The notes beneath the pieces were generated by a model, which was not told the origin of the DNA, searched no databases, and saw only the letters and a program-made list of their open reading frames with translations. A program made the translations under genes and the position numbers. DNA of 64,000 nt, from the NCBI GenBank assembly GCA_032718475.1, contig JAUCBJ010004420.1, positions 62,001 to 126,000 of the forward strand. Direction: 5' to 3'. Of the stretch, positions 49,501 to 59,377 are shown in pieces. Positions within the stretch are counted from its first letter, which is position 1; every line of letters starts with the position of its first letter. Source of the stretch: Nemertoderma westbladi. Taxonomy: Eukaryota > Animalia > Xenacoelomorpha.

Positions 49501-52500
49501 CCAAGGTAAGGTGTTGACACTTCAGCATATTCATGACATGATAGCCACAGACGCAGTAGCAGAAATGAAATCAAACTTCTCAGAGGAGAATATGAGAGAG
49601 TCTAAACCTGTTACCGGTAAGTCTATGGTAAGTTTTGACGATGACAGGACCACTGTGACATTTAACTCAGTAGACAGATATAATTCGAGTACCCCAACCT
49701 TTAGATCAGACTCGCGAGTATGGTCAGGTGAGCAGTTAGATAGACCTAGGTTAAAGCAACAGGAGTTGCCGGATGGATTTGTAGGTTGCCAATACTGTTT
49801 ACTAAAGGAGGTAAGATCTGACGACCATAAGTTGGATAGTTGCAGACGGTTCAAAGAATTAAATTCGGAACAGAGAAGAGTTCAAGTGCGGACGTTGGAC
49901 ACCTATTGGGCTTGTCTTGCGCCAGGTCATGTACGGCGGCAGTGCCCGAACAGCAAGGACGGATGCATGGAATGCGGCAGACTACATCACAAGTTGCTAC
50001 ATGCGGATTTCCACACCCCAACGGACCGTTACTTACAGCGAAATCTTCAAAGGAAGGGGAGCAAAGAACCCATATCGATAAGGAGGAATACGTATACCGG
50101 CATTCAGGACGATGGTTACCAACCAGGTTCTTCGGACGAGGATGGCGAGTCGAGCGCGAGAGAAGTGACCTGCCAAGGTTTCACCGCGGATAGTTCATCG
50201 ACCAGCGCGCGGACGTATTTATCATCGGCTACGTCGGAAATATTTAGCGTGATTCCGGTGAAACTTACTGGCGATAAGGGATCGAAGCGAATATATGTGA
50301 TGCTGGACACTGCGTCCACATTATCGTATATCGACGAGGAAGTGGCGAGAGCCGTTTCTAGCTTCCAGGACGCCGAGGAGATCCAAATAAAGTTGAAGTC
50401 TATGCATGGAGTAGGAGACCTCAAGGGACACAGAATTTCGGTAGAACTAGATTCCCTACTTCCGAGAGACCAACACACTCGACAAGAACGGAATGCTTTG
50501 CCATTGGACGGATTTAAGTGTTTAGCTATGAAGGGATTCGGCAGGCAGTTAGGTAAGGTGCCGCCGATGAGTCCCATAGCACAGGAGTATTTTGACAAGC
50601 TCAGGATACCCAGACACCAGGTAGGTTATAGGAATGTTTCTATGTTGATTGGTGCAGAACAGCTGATCGCACACCAAATATGGGAAACGAGACCAGCTGA
50701 GCCGCATGTCAATGGACCTCATGCCCATAGGACTATATTAGGTTGGTATACACGAGTACCCATGTCTTATGAGTTTACAGGTGGCGACAAGCCAATAGAC
50801 AGATACGACGAATTACAGCCTATAACTCAACCACCGTTAGTAGAACCACCAGACATAGACGAGTTTAGGAGAACCTGTATTGACCACTATAGTGACTTTA
50901 GCGAGTCGGACGAGGAGTTGATTCCCGATAATGTTAGGTTGTCGGAACCACTTCACAACGACCGGACAGATAGTGAACCCGAGGACTACTGTTATCAGAC
51001 CCGTGGGTCTGGTTCAGCGGCCCACGCTACTTATCTGACTAACGTTTTGACTTATACAGACATAGTGGAGGGTCAAGTGGCTAAATATCGAGACCTAGAC
51101 ATTTTCCAATACAGTGAGGAAGAATTGCAGAAGGAATTGATACGCCAGGACCTCGAGACAGGAGCCAGAACCGTCGAATGGCTGGATAGGGACGCAATGG
51201 AACCCGGTGGATATGACCTAGCCATGTCTACTGATGAGAAACGGTCACTGGAGATGATGGAAGATACCATACGTCTACTACCGACTGGACATTTTGAAGT
51301 TGGAATGTTGTGGCGTCGACAACCACCTAAGTTGGAGAACAACTACAACTTAGCCTTGAAAAGATTAAACGGAGTAAGGGCTCGGTTGTTGAAGAATCCG
51401 GACATTAGGGAGAAGTACTGCGCCCAGATCAACAACTATTTCGCCAAGGGATTTGCTGGGAAGGTAGAGGACCCTGACTTGGTGACAGACCAGACTTATT
51501 ACCTTCCACACCACTATGTGACTCACCCTGACAAGCCAGACAAAGTCCGAGTAGTCAACGACTGCGCAGCAGTCTATAGAGGTATGTCCCTGAATTCAGA
51601 GTTGATGGATGGTCCCAACCTGAACAATTATTTGATAGGAATACTGTTGCGTTTTAGACAGCGGCGATTCGCATTTACTTGTGACATCGAGGCGATGTTC
51701 CACCAGGTAAGAGCCTGTAAGGCAGACCAGGATAGCCTTCGCTTTCTCTGGTTTGAGAATGAAGACTTATCCGGCCCAGTGGTTACATACCAGATGTACG
51801 TAAGGATATTTGGCGCCCGCGATAGTCCAAACGGCACGCTGTTTGTTCTAAAGAAAACGGCAACAGCCCAGATTGGTAAGTATCCAGTAGAAGTAATCGA
51901 GTCTATATTGAGAAACTTCTATATGGACGACGGATTGGTGTCCAAGGACACGGCGGAACAAGCCATAGAAGTGGCTCACGGCCTACAGGAGTGCTTGGCT
52001 ACAGGGGGTTTTCCTCTGACCAAGTTCACTACGAACTCGGAGGCCCTATTAGAATCGTTCCCGGTAAAAGATCGCGGGAGCGGAGACATAGAATTGGGGG
52101 TAGAACCAATCCCCATGGCGCGAGTACTGGGACTCGCTTGGAATCCGAATACGGATAAGTTCCAGGTAAGAGTTAGATTTGAGCCCAGTAGCCCAGACAA
52201 AGTTTTGACAAAGAGGATTTGCTTATCGACATTAAGTAGACTATTTGACCCGATGAACTTTATCAGTCCGGTAATATTACAGGCACGAGCGTGCATGAGG
52301 AAAATTTGGTTGTCCGACGTAGAGTGGGACGAACCAATATCTCCTATACATGCAAAGCAGTGGAGGGAGTGGGAAGCCGAGTTGCATCTATTGAAAAATA
52401 TAGATGTACCCCGTTCCTACTTTCCGAATCAGCTGGTATTTCCAGCTGATCTCGAACTCCACCTATTTAGTGACGCAAGTGACACCGGCTTTGGTATGGT

Positions 52501-54895
52501 AGCCTACCTTCGCCGAGAGGTAAGTCAGGACAAATTTGAGACGGCCTTTGTGACTTCTAGATCAAAGACAATGCCGGTCAAATATATGACTGTCCCTCGT
52601 GCAGAGTTACAGGCGGCTGTAGTTTCAGTCGAGGTAAGTAAGCAGATAACAGAGGAGTTAGACACGACATTGACCTTATTCTATTGGACGGACGCATCCT
52701 TGGTGTTAGTATACATTGCGGCCGACAATATTGCACTAAAGACATTTGTGGCCAACAGACGCGCTCAGATCGTTGACTTTTCGACGAAGGAACAATGGAG
52801 ACATTGTCCGGGAGTGTTGAACCCGGCCGACATAACTTCGAGAGGTGCGATGCCGGCGGAATTCTATCAGGAAGAGTCGCAGGAGTTTTGGTTGCATGGA
52901 CCTGATTTTCTAACGAGGACACAGGAACATTGGCCGGAGCGACTAAAGATAGTGACCAATCCGATGCCTGAAGATGCAGAAGTCAAAGTGGAGAAAGTCT
53001 CTAAGTCGAAGTCTAAAGCCAAACTTAAGTCATTGGAGCGGCCTGAAGAGTCATTGGAGCGGCCTGAAGAGTCATTGGAGCGGCCCGGAGACCTGTCAGA
53101 CCAACAGACTTACGTGACTACTAGGTCCGGAAGGGTAAGTTATGACGTAAAACCATCCTTACAGACTAAACCGGAGTCACAATTGGTAAGTGACGGACAG
53201 AAAATGACCGACAAAATGGAGCCTTTGGTTTCCAAACCTGCGGGTTTGGATTCGAAACTTCCATTAATTAGCGGACAACCGTCGCTGGCATTAGAGTCAC
53301 GCAGTGTTTATGACAAATTACTAAATTCGTCTGCCGCTTGGCTGACAATTTGTAAAAGAACTGCGTGGTTACGCCGATACATTTTGTACCTTTGTTTAAA
53401 ACATTCGGAACGTTTGAGAGAACCATTGAGCGCTAATATTGAGCGAATTCAGAAATTGAAACAACCTCTGACAGAGGATGAGATTGATCAAGCGGAATTA
53501 AAGCATTTGAAGCATTATCAACTGTGTGCCTTCCCGAAAGAATTCCATCTATTATCGGCTCAACGACCAGTTCTCTATAAACCCCTTAGAAAATGGAGTC
53601 CATTAATCCATAAGGGTTTAATTTGTCATAGATCGAGAATCCAGACTGTCGACATAAACTCACAGTTTTGGTTCCCAGTGATAATCCCTAGTCACCCAAT
53701 AGAATTGCAAAGAGCGATTCTATGGGATATACACAAGAGGTTACATCACGCGGGAAAGTTACACTGTTTGTCGGCAGCGAGACAGCGATTCATTCTATTG
53801 CAGCCAAGCAGGGCAGTCGGCACTATGTACGACGCCTGTCTGGTTTGCAAGAGGGTGAACGCCAGAGTATTGGAACAGGAGATGGCTGAACTCCCGGATG
53901 CGAGAGTGCAGGCATATGACCCACCCTTTACGAACACAGGGGTGGATTGTTTTGGTCCGATTGAAGCAAAGAGTGGACAGCTGACCCACAAGCGATGGGG
54001 TCTGCTGCTGACATGTATGGCTAGTAGAGCCATACACATTGAGCGTGTGGCAGACATGTTGACCAAATCTCTGCTCCTGGCCTTGAAGAGATTTATGGCC
54101 AGGAGAGGACTAGTAAAGGCGTTCTACTCTGACAAGGGTACAAACTTTGTCGGAGGGAATAGCGAGTTGAACGCGGCTCATAAAGCGGCACAGAATAAGG
54201 AAATTTCTGCAGCACTTTTGCCGCAACGAGTAGAATGGAGATTCAATACTCCAGAAAGTCCTTGGAGAGGAGGAAGTTGGGAGCGTTTAGTTCGCTCTGT
54301 AAAGCAGGCCATTGCCAAAACATTGCCTGTGAACAAACAACTTACCGACGACGAACTGGTCACAGCTTTCATTGAAATCGAGCATACATTAAACTCGAGG
54401 CCGATAGCTATGTTGCCAGACGGTGTTGCATTAACGCCGAATCATTTGCTAATGCAGAGTCCAGCATTTCTTGTGCCGGCATCAGAACCCGTTAGTGCCG
54501 ACCTATATAGTCGTAAAAGCTGGAAAATGACACAGTTAGTGGCGTACACATTCTGGGAATATTGGCGGGAATACTATCTTCCCACCATATCTACCAGAAC
54601 AAAGTGGTACAAAACGGTTCGGAGTCTCCAAAAGGGAGATTACGTATTGATAACCGAACCGATTGTCAAGAGAAAGTATTGGGAGACTGGAGTTATCTTG
54701 CACACACACCCAGACGTGCAAAACATAGTGCGCACAGTCACTGTGAAAATTAGGTGCAAGTGTCCGCACCCAAAAAAGTGTAAAACTAATGGTTTACACA
54801 CCTTGGACCGACCGGTCCAAGATATTGTGTTATTAGAGGAGACACGTATCGAGACGGGAGATTATAACTTGTCTCCTGCCTCAAAACAGTATTAG
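46538..54895 (+). CDS. Bel/Pao gag-pol polyprotein (~2785 aa from the ATG)
   Basis: Uninterrupted ORF: coiled-coil gag, PQKFMGN, Cys/His knuckles (CQYC..H..C; C..GH...C; CMEC...HHKLLH), protease MLDTAS, RT YYLPHH/NFYMDD, LHLFSDAS, NPADITSRG, integrase CLVC, GVDCFGP, SDKGTNF, GGSWERLV. Confidence 0.96.
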   Translation: MSVSDKEALEDSYETAAGPPTDDSVNITVDDNADYDDAASDADVSEQEDETVTSEEEELPQVIVLGSPTATVRKDCTATRTEVSDREGSVAEARARSPVSRPVGMVSAVVLTAVRSTRSSRNNSSSPPSVSQVSERELDIVIRKKLRAHAGHITRTTDKVRKMLADSANIGRVELVEIRRGYNSALFKQTEELAVLAKKAVESQSSDVATRIYDRVLAALLEHRELSEQFRRVRTENWLLWASRAQATQVSDAELRDLVEREEIQDKEERRYQREVTSWLMQNGVVVPGQVLPTTENIQQRTLTPPDDASRDSGDSQVSHARGKVICARSLVSHNSAEERRRRLDEQQAEVLRASEARKEAERERERTRKLDTKLRELEEKGKREQAERERKERELQLERERKERERKERELQLEREQKERELQLEREQKEREQKEYELQLEHERKERELEIEKERRALYEEKARVEEESAGRRAREEEERKLAQLESARLSLESEERTRKANEIAEKGMRMIEECGASVGTELRELFALQKAEQEARTPTIRESTTTRIPIPGPAITSTRIAKPFSTYRTPVGISASPIAQNPRHQNTAPLYTERDNGERRETPTGRVFGEPNPRVWNTRTERRHSSTENFRVKPEEGSYERQRITQIEPTIQQNPSQEFITRDELSASLAQAISPHIQPITDMLSNLRLKEAAQVRSNSNPSRPELDKVQPSQRVRISEETIPHRPQVRTPVPNIHNPNFENSAEKFIEEAWVRASARKSSRALRTDTESSDEEEEMRRHKSRNYKERRTDAEQVSWNHRERTRLNNPAELNHLLTRNDATLRDIGKFAARQGLPTQQPQKFMGNHKHWRTFRTYVDEQLTNSTFTPNEKFNYLLQMLHREPRAIADNFVGNESAFELAMKTLSDIYGNKTKMAQSIVEDLGKGGRITTPLELLNLANAISNALDILRMVNLPHHGDHAEVLKSVIRRLNMRYRQKWRKLENKLEGQGKVLTLQHIHDMIATDAVAEMKSNFSEENMRESKPVTGKSMVSFDDDRTTVTFNSVDRYNSSTPTFRSDSRVWSGEQLDRPRLKQQELPDGFVGCQYCLLKEVRSDDHKLDSCRRFKELNSEQRRVQVRTLDTYWACLAPGHVRRQCPNSKDGCMECGRLHHKLLHADFHTPTDRYLQRNLQRKGSKEPISIRRNTYTGIQDDGYQPGSSDEDGESSAREVTCQGFTADSSSTSARTYLSSATSEIFSVIPVKLTGDKGSKRIYVMLDTASTLSYIDEEVARAVSSFQDAEEIQIKLKSMHGVGDLKGHRISVELDSLLPRDQHTRQERNALPLDGFKCLAMKGFGRQLGKVPPMSPIAQEYFDKLRIPRHQVGYRNVSMLIGAEQLIAHQIWETRPAEPHVNGPHAHRTILGWYTRVPMSYEFTGGDKPIDRYDELQPITQPPLVEPPDIDEFRRTCIDHYSDFSESDEELIPDNVRLSEPLHNDRTDSEPEDYCYQTRGSGSAAHATYLTNVLTYTDIVEGQVAKYRDLDIFQYSEEELQKELIRQDLETGARTVEWLDRDAMEPGGYDLAMSTDEKRSLEMMEDTIRLLPTGHFEVGMLWRRQPPKLENNYNLALKRLNGVRARLLKNPDIREKYCAQINNYFAKGFAGKVEDPDLVTDQTYYLPHHYVTHPDKPDKVRVVNDCAAVYRGMSLNSELMDGPNLNNYLIGILLRFRQRRFAFTCDIEAMFHQVRACKADQDSLRFLWFENEDLSGPVVTYQMYVRIFGARDSPNGTLFVLKKTATAQIGKYPVEVIESILRNFYMDDGLVSKDTAEQAIEVAHGLQECLATGGFPLTKFTTNSEALLESFPVKDRGSGDIELGVEPIPMARVLGLAWNPNTDKFQVRVRFEPSSPDKVLTKRICLSTLSRLFDPMNFISPVILQARACMRKIWLSDVEWDEPISPIHAKQWREWEAELHLLKNIDVPRSYFPNQLVFPADLELHLFSDASDTGFGMVAYLRREVSQDKFETAFVTSRSKTMPVKYMTVPRAELQAAVVSVEVSKQITEELDTTLTLFYWTDASLVLVYIAADNIALKTFVANRRAQIVDFSTKEQWRHCPGVLNPADITSRGAMPAEFYQEESQEFWLHGPDFLTRTQEHWPERLKIVTNPMPEDAEVKVEKVSKSKSKAKLKSLERPEESLERPEESLERPGDLSDQQTYVTTRSGRVSYDVKPSLQTKPESQLVSDGQKMTDKMEPLVSKPAGLDSKLPLISGQPSLALESRSVYDKLLNSSAAWLTICKRTAWLRRYILYLCLKHSERLREPLSANIERIQKLKQPLTEDEIDQAELKHLKHYQLCAFPKEFHLLSAQRPVLYKPLRKWSPLIHKGLICHRSRIQTVDINSQFWFPVIIPSHPIELQRAILWDIHKRLHHAGKLHCLSAARQRFILLQPSRAVGTMYDACLVCKRVNARVLEQEMAELPDARVQAYDPPFTNTGVDCFGPIEAKSGQLTHKRWGLLLTCMASRAIHIERVADMLTKSLLLALKRFMARRGLVKAFYSDKGTNFVGGNSELNAAHKAAQNKEISAALLPQRVEWRFNTPESPWRGGSWERLVRSVKQAIAKTLPVNKQLTDDELVTAFIEIEHTLNSRPIAMLPDGVALTPNHLLMQSPAFLVPASEPVSADLYSRKSWKMTQLVAYTFWEYWREYYLPTISTRTKWYKTVRSLQKGDYVLITEPIVKRKYWETGVILHTHPDVQNIVRTVTVKIRCKCPHPKKCKTNGLHTLDRPVQDIVLLEETRIETGDYNLSPASKQY

Positions 54896-55672
54896 TGTTG
54901 GACGCAACTCACTTCGTATGCATTCCTCGTATGCAAATACTAGGAAATGCATAGGAGCGGGGTTGTGGTGATTTGCATTGAGTTTTGTCTAGTGGGTATC
55001 AAAAACAAAATTTTATTTTCAAAAAATTTTGGAAAATTAAAAAATTTTAAAAATTAGAAGTGAACCTAAGACAATTCCAGACGCTGTGTATAGACGCGTT
55101 TTAGAATTCGTCTATAGATAAACAGTAATTTGAAAAGTCGTGAAGCCTGGAAAATAGCATTTAGAAACCATGGTGACGGCTATATTACGTAGGAGTGTAA
55201 ATTGAGTTTAGCAACTTCCACAGATTGGTGCCAACAGTGCAACTAAGGTGCTAAAGGTTAGTAGCACCAGAGGCGTACATGGACCCCACTCAGTAGTTTG
55301 CAGGATGTGTGATGTTCGATTATCAAACCTGTGGGTTTGGTATAGTCGAGTATTGTGGCTATGGTCCTTTCTAACTACTGTAGTTTAGTACGAGTAATGG
55401 GAGTAGTTTGGGCATCAAAAAGTGAGTTGGTCACGGCCAGTTTATCTCCAAAGTTTTTGCGCTATGCATGGGAATAGGTTAGAGGATAGTTAGTTAGGAA
55501 GAGACGGGATCTAGAGAGTCGAACCTGAACTGCTGGAAGGCAGCGGGGGGGGGGGGGGGGGGGGGGGGGTTCGGGAGGTCTGTCCTTCGGCGACATCTAA
55601 CTGATTACCCACAGTGTAATTGGTTTGCGTAACGGAACACTTATTGGGATATATGTATATACGCGGGGCATA

Positions 55673-57878
55673 ATGGAGAAGGATATTAGAGCGCAACCGC
55701 GCAGAGGATTTACTGCCAGAGAGGAGGCGGAGTTACCATTCGCGCGACCGGGATGTAAAGATTCGAACGTTTACTACCATGGGTGGTCCGTGATGGAGCT
55801 AAATGGAAAATACAAACCGACTTATGATAAGGAATTACGGAGGGAAAGAATGAGAGCGTTGGGGGACCGGATGGAAGTTTTGCGGAGAGAGTATCGCACG
55901 CGGTATCCTTACGACTTCGCTTTGGACGTATGTGACATTAGTGCAGACCCGGACGAGGAGATCGCACGACTGTACCATATGAATATGTATTTACGACACG
56001 AAGAACCTCTACCTGCAGTCCGAGATCAGTTCGACGGAATGCATCTGTACCGGAGGACTCGAGGTGAGGATCAGGAGACGCCGAAAGTCTTCAGCGTGTA
56101 CAAGCTCTTCTACTACTAGGATCGGCATGCTGCATTGCAGCTGCATTTTTAAGAATGCTGTGCCGGCTTGTCAACAAAATTGCGCCGCCACAACTCCCTA
56201 TCACCCATGACATTTGCTAGATCATCCGCATCTTTAAGGCCAGTGTCCTTTAAGATGCGTCTCAATAAAGTCATGGGCTGTCCACCATGCTTATTCACTC
56301 CATGAGGATGCCAAAGTACAAGATTATGCACTGGCTGGTCCTCACGGCGAAAGCAATGTCCTGCAAAGCGGAGGCGATTTTGTTCTAGTGTCAAGCTTGG
56401 GGGAACCAATGAGACACCTCCAATGTTATATAGTGTCTGGTTGGAGATGTGTGCATTGTACTTGACACAATGTACCCGGCGTAGCATTCTTGTGAATGTG
56501 CCATCCAGAGATTTGGTGTCCTCAGCAGTTAGAGCCCAGCATGGACTCCCGTAGAGGAGTACTGGAACTACTGCTGCTCTAAATAATCGGACCGTAAGTT
56601 TCCGATTAATTCGAGGTGACTTCCAAATCCTGGAAAGCCTATTCAAGGCTGCCCATGCCTTTCCCTTACGTATTCGAAGGTCCTCACCTGACTTCCGGAT
56701 CCATGATCCCAGGTAACAGAAGTCGTCCACATGCTCAAGCATACCATCCTTTGAGCTTATGCTCATCCGATCAGAGACTTGCTGAGGACTTTCAAAGTTA
56801 ACTGTCAGAATTTTGGTCTTTCTGGAGTTAATAAAAAGACCAACACTAGAAGCAGCATGTTCTAATGAGCTGAGGAGCCGCTGGGCTCCCTCTAATGATT
56901 CTGAGAGTACTCCTAAGTCATCAGCAAAGTCTAGATCAGTTAGGTACTTGGCAGGATTTCCTCGACTTCTGGAGCCAGTAGGTGGAGTTATCATCACCCC
57001 ATCATCATTATGATGATCTAAGGACATGCGTAGAACATAGTCAACCACAATAATGAACAAGAATGGTGCAAGTGTGTCTCCTTGGAGGACGCCCCATAAC
57101 ACTTCAAATGGTTCTGTGTCACCATCAACAGTAGACACAAATGTTGTCGAACCATCGTATACTGATCTGATTGCTGCAATAATTTCATCAGGAATCCCAT
57201 ATAATGAAAGTATGCTGAACATACGTGAGCGAGAGACTGAATCAAAGGCCTTGAAGAAGTCAACAAAGATAACAGCCAGATGCCTGTCTTTCTTTTTTGA
57301 TAACTCTTCAATTATCCTTCTAAGTGCCAAAATGGGCTCCATGGTCCCACGACCTTTACGGAACCCATTCTGATTTCCACGTAGCAGTCTCTCAATGGGA
57401 TCCCTGATGCGATTTAATAGAATTCTATTGTATAGTTTTGCAGCAATCGAGATCAATGAGATTCCCCGAAAAGAACCATAGAGTGTTAGGTTGCCCTTCT
57501 TGGGAACTGGCACCAACTTATTTGTTTTCATTTCTTGTGGGACTCTTGTTGTACGGTACATGTCTACTATGATGGGATAGAAGAATCTTCTACAAGTGTG
57601 GTGAATGCATGAATAAGCAAGACGTGGCGATTCCCGACCGATTAGACGAGCAACATCCAGAACCGATATTAACGCGATGTCCAGCTCACCAGTTCCTTAG
57701 ATATAACGAGGGAGGTTACCCGATGAGCAACCCGATGATCAGTATCGACTTCAGCGGAAAGCGACCTCTGAGACCCATTACGCCGACCGTTACGACATTA
57801 GATCCGTATACAGAGATTAAACCCTGTTCGACACGGCATAGACACGGCGGCGGCCATTTCGCTATACCGAGCCTATAA
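55673..57878 (+). pseudogene. Extra ORF of unknown function in the Bel/Pao 2 3' region, interrupted by an RTE insertion
   Basis: 55673-56115 MEKDIRAQPRRG...YKLFYY; resumes after the TSD at 57570, with a 1-nt shift, as ...DRRIFYKCGECMNKQD...; no recognisable domain. Confidence 0.5.
56116..57562 (-). mobile_element. RTE-clade LINE family 2, 5'-truncated, with an intact RT frame (56149-57561)
   Basis: FRGISL, QNGFR, FVDFFKAFDS, GVLQGDTLAP, LDFADD; TSD TCTACTA at 56109-56115 and 57563-57569. Confidence 0.93.
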
Positions 57879-59377
57879 GGACCTAGAGGCGCGGCGCGAA
57901 GCGGCACGGGACTCGAGTTCCTGGACCACGTTCATTTCGCTCTACCAGGAGAGGAAGCCCACGCCTGAGTATCCAGACGAGATTCGCGCCGTCCATCCGT
58001 CTACTAACTATACCCACGATCCGCGGTTTATACGATATTTACTCCAAATTATTTCGGGAAGTTTCGACGAACGCATTATTAAGCCCGAATATGTCCAATC
58101 TTTTATATATCATCGTCGCTCTGATATATACGTCTAGATTTATTACCCAGCGCACAATTGGCGGCCTAAGGAGACTCGTTTGGGGTCATTGACCTCTGTA
58201 CGAGTGGAGGATCAGGACCGCCGCGCCCACAGAGACAACAGCCGGAGCTCACAGCTGGCGGCAAGTACCAGAAGGAGGAGTCATTGGCAAGCGTCAAGCC
58301 AAGGACGAGCAGCTCCATTCTATAGTTGAAGAAAGAGGAGTTGGCGGAGGCGCCCACAGGGACACGGCAAATGGGACGAGGCCGAGGGAGGAGCACCAGT
58401 CGGGAGATAGTCGGTGCCCAGGGAACGTCGTCGCCGGTTCCGGGAAGTGACGCCTCAAGGACGCCGTCAACAGAACAGGGGGTAGACTGGTGTATCTGGA
58501 GAAGGGAGCGAGCCCGAGAGACCCAGGAGCTAGCCGATGAGACTATAATATCACGGAGCGACAGACTCTAGACATATACATCATCGTCGCTCTGATGTAT
58601 ATCATAGGTTTTGATCAATCATTCGACTGGACTCATATACACTAGTCGTATCCATGTTTTAGAATTTTATTTTCGAAGGCCGAAAAAATATTGAAAGGAA
58701 ATAATTTTATTTTATAGTCCGTTGGAAATATGATTTTGAGCCTATACTATATTTGATTTTGTGTATATGACTTTATTTGCTCTAAAGTTTATTGAAAGAG
58801 GCAAAGGAAGTGATTGGGGAGACAAACCCGCGGGTTTGGCTTACTCCTTTCACTTACCTGAGCAATCATCAAACCAAGATGATTTGCGTTTTTTATAAGA
58901 AATTAAGTAAAGTCCGAAAATGAAAGAAATTATTACGTATTTTATATTTAATTTGATTGTCAGCCTTAAAACGCAATATATTTAGTTAAACATTTAGCCT
59001 CAAATACGTTTTATATTTTAGTTCTTTTGTTATTATTGTTCTCTATAATTTGAGATGGGAAATGGGGGACATTGTCCTAGCCATGTTCCATTTCAATAAG
59101 TAAACCGTCAATTTGTAAATAAATAAAGGAAGTAATATTTTTGTAAATTTAATTTTGTATGTAGTAGTCATTATGTAGAACGAATGAGAAATAATATTTG
59201 TAAATTTAATTTGTACGTAAACTCATTATGCAATATGTTTATGGCAATATTTGTAAATAGTAGGATTTATAGTATCAAGTATTTAGATTATTTGGAAGAA
59301 ATTTATTTTGTTTGTATACATCACCTTATACTCTTCTACAATTGGAGGGAAACATTGTATGATTTCCCTTGGAGCGG

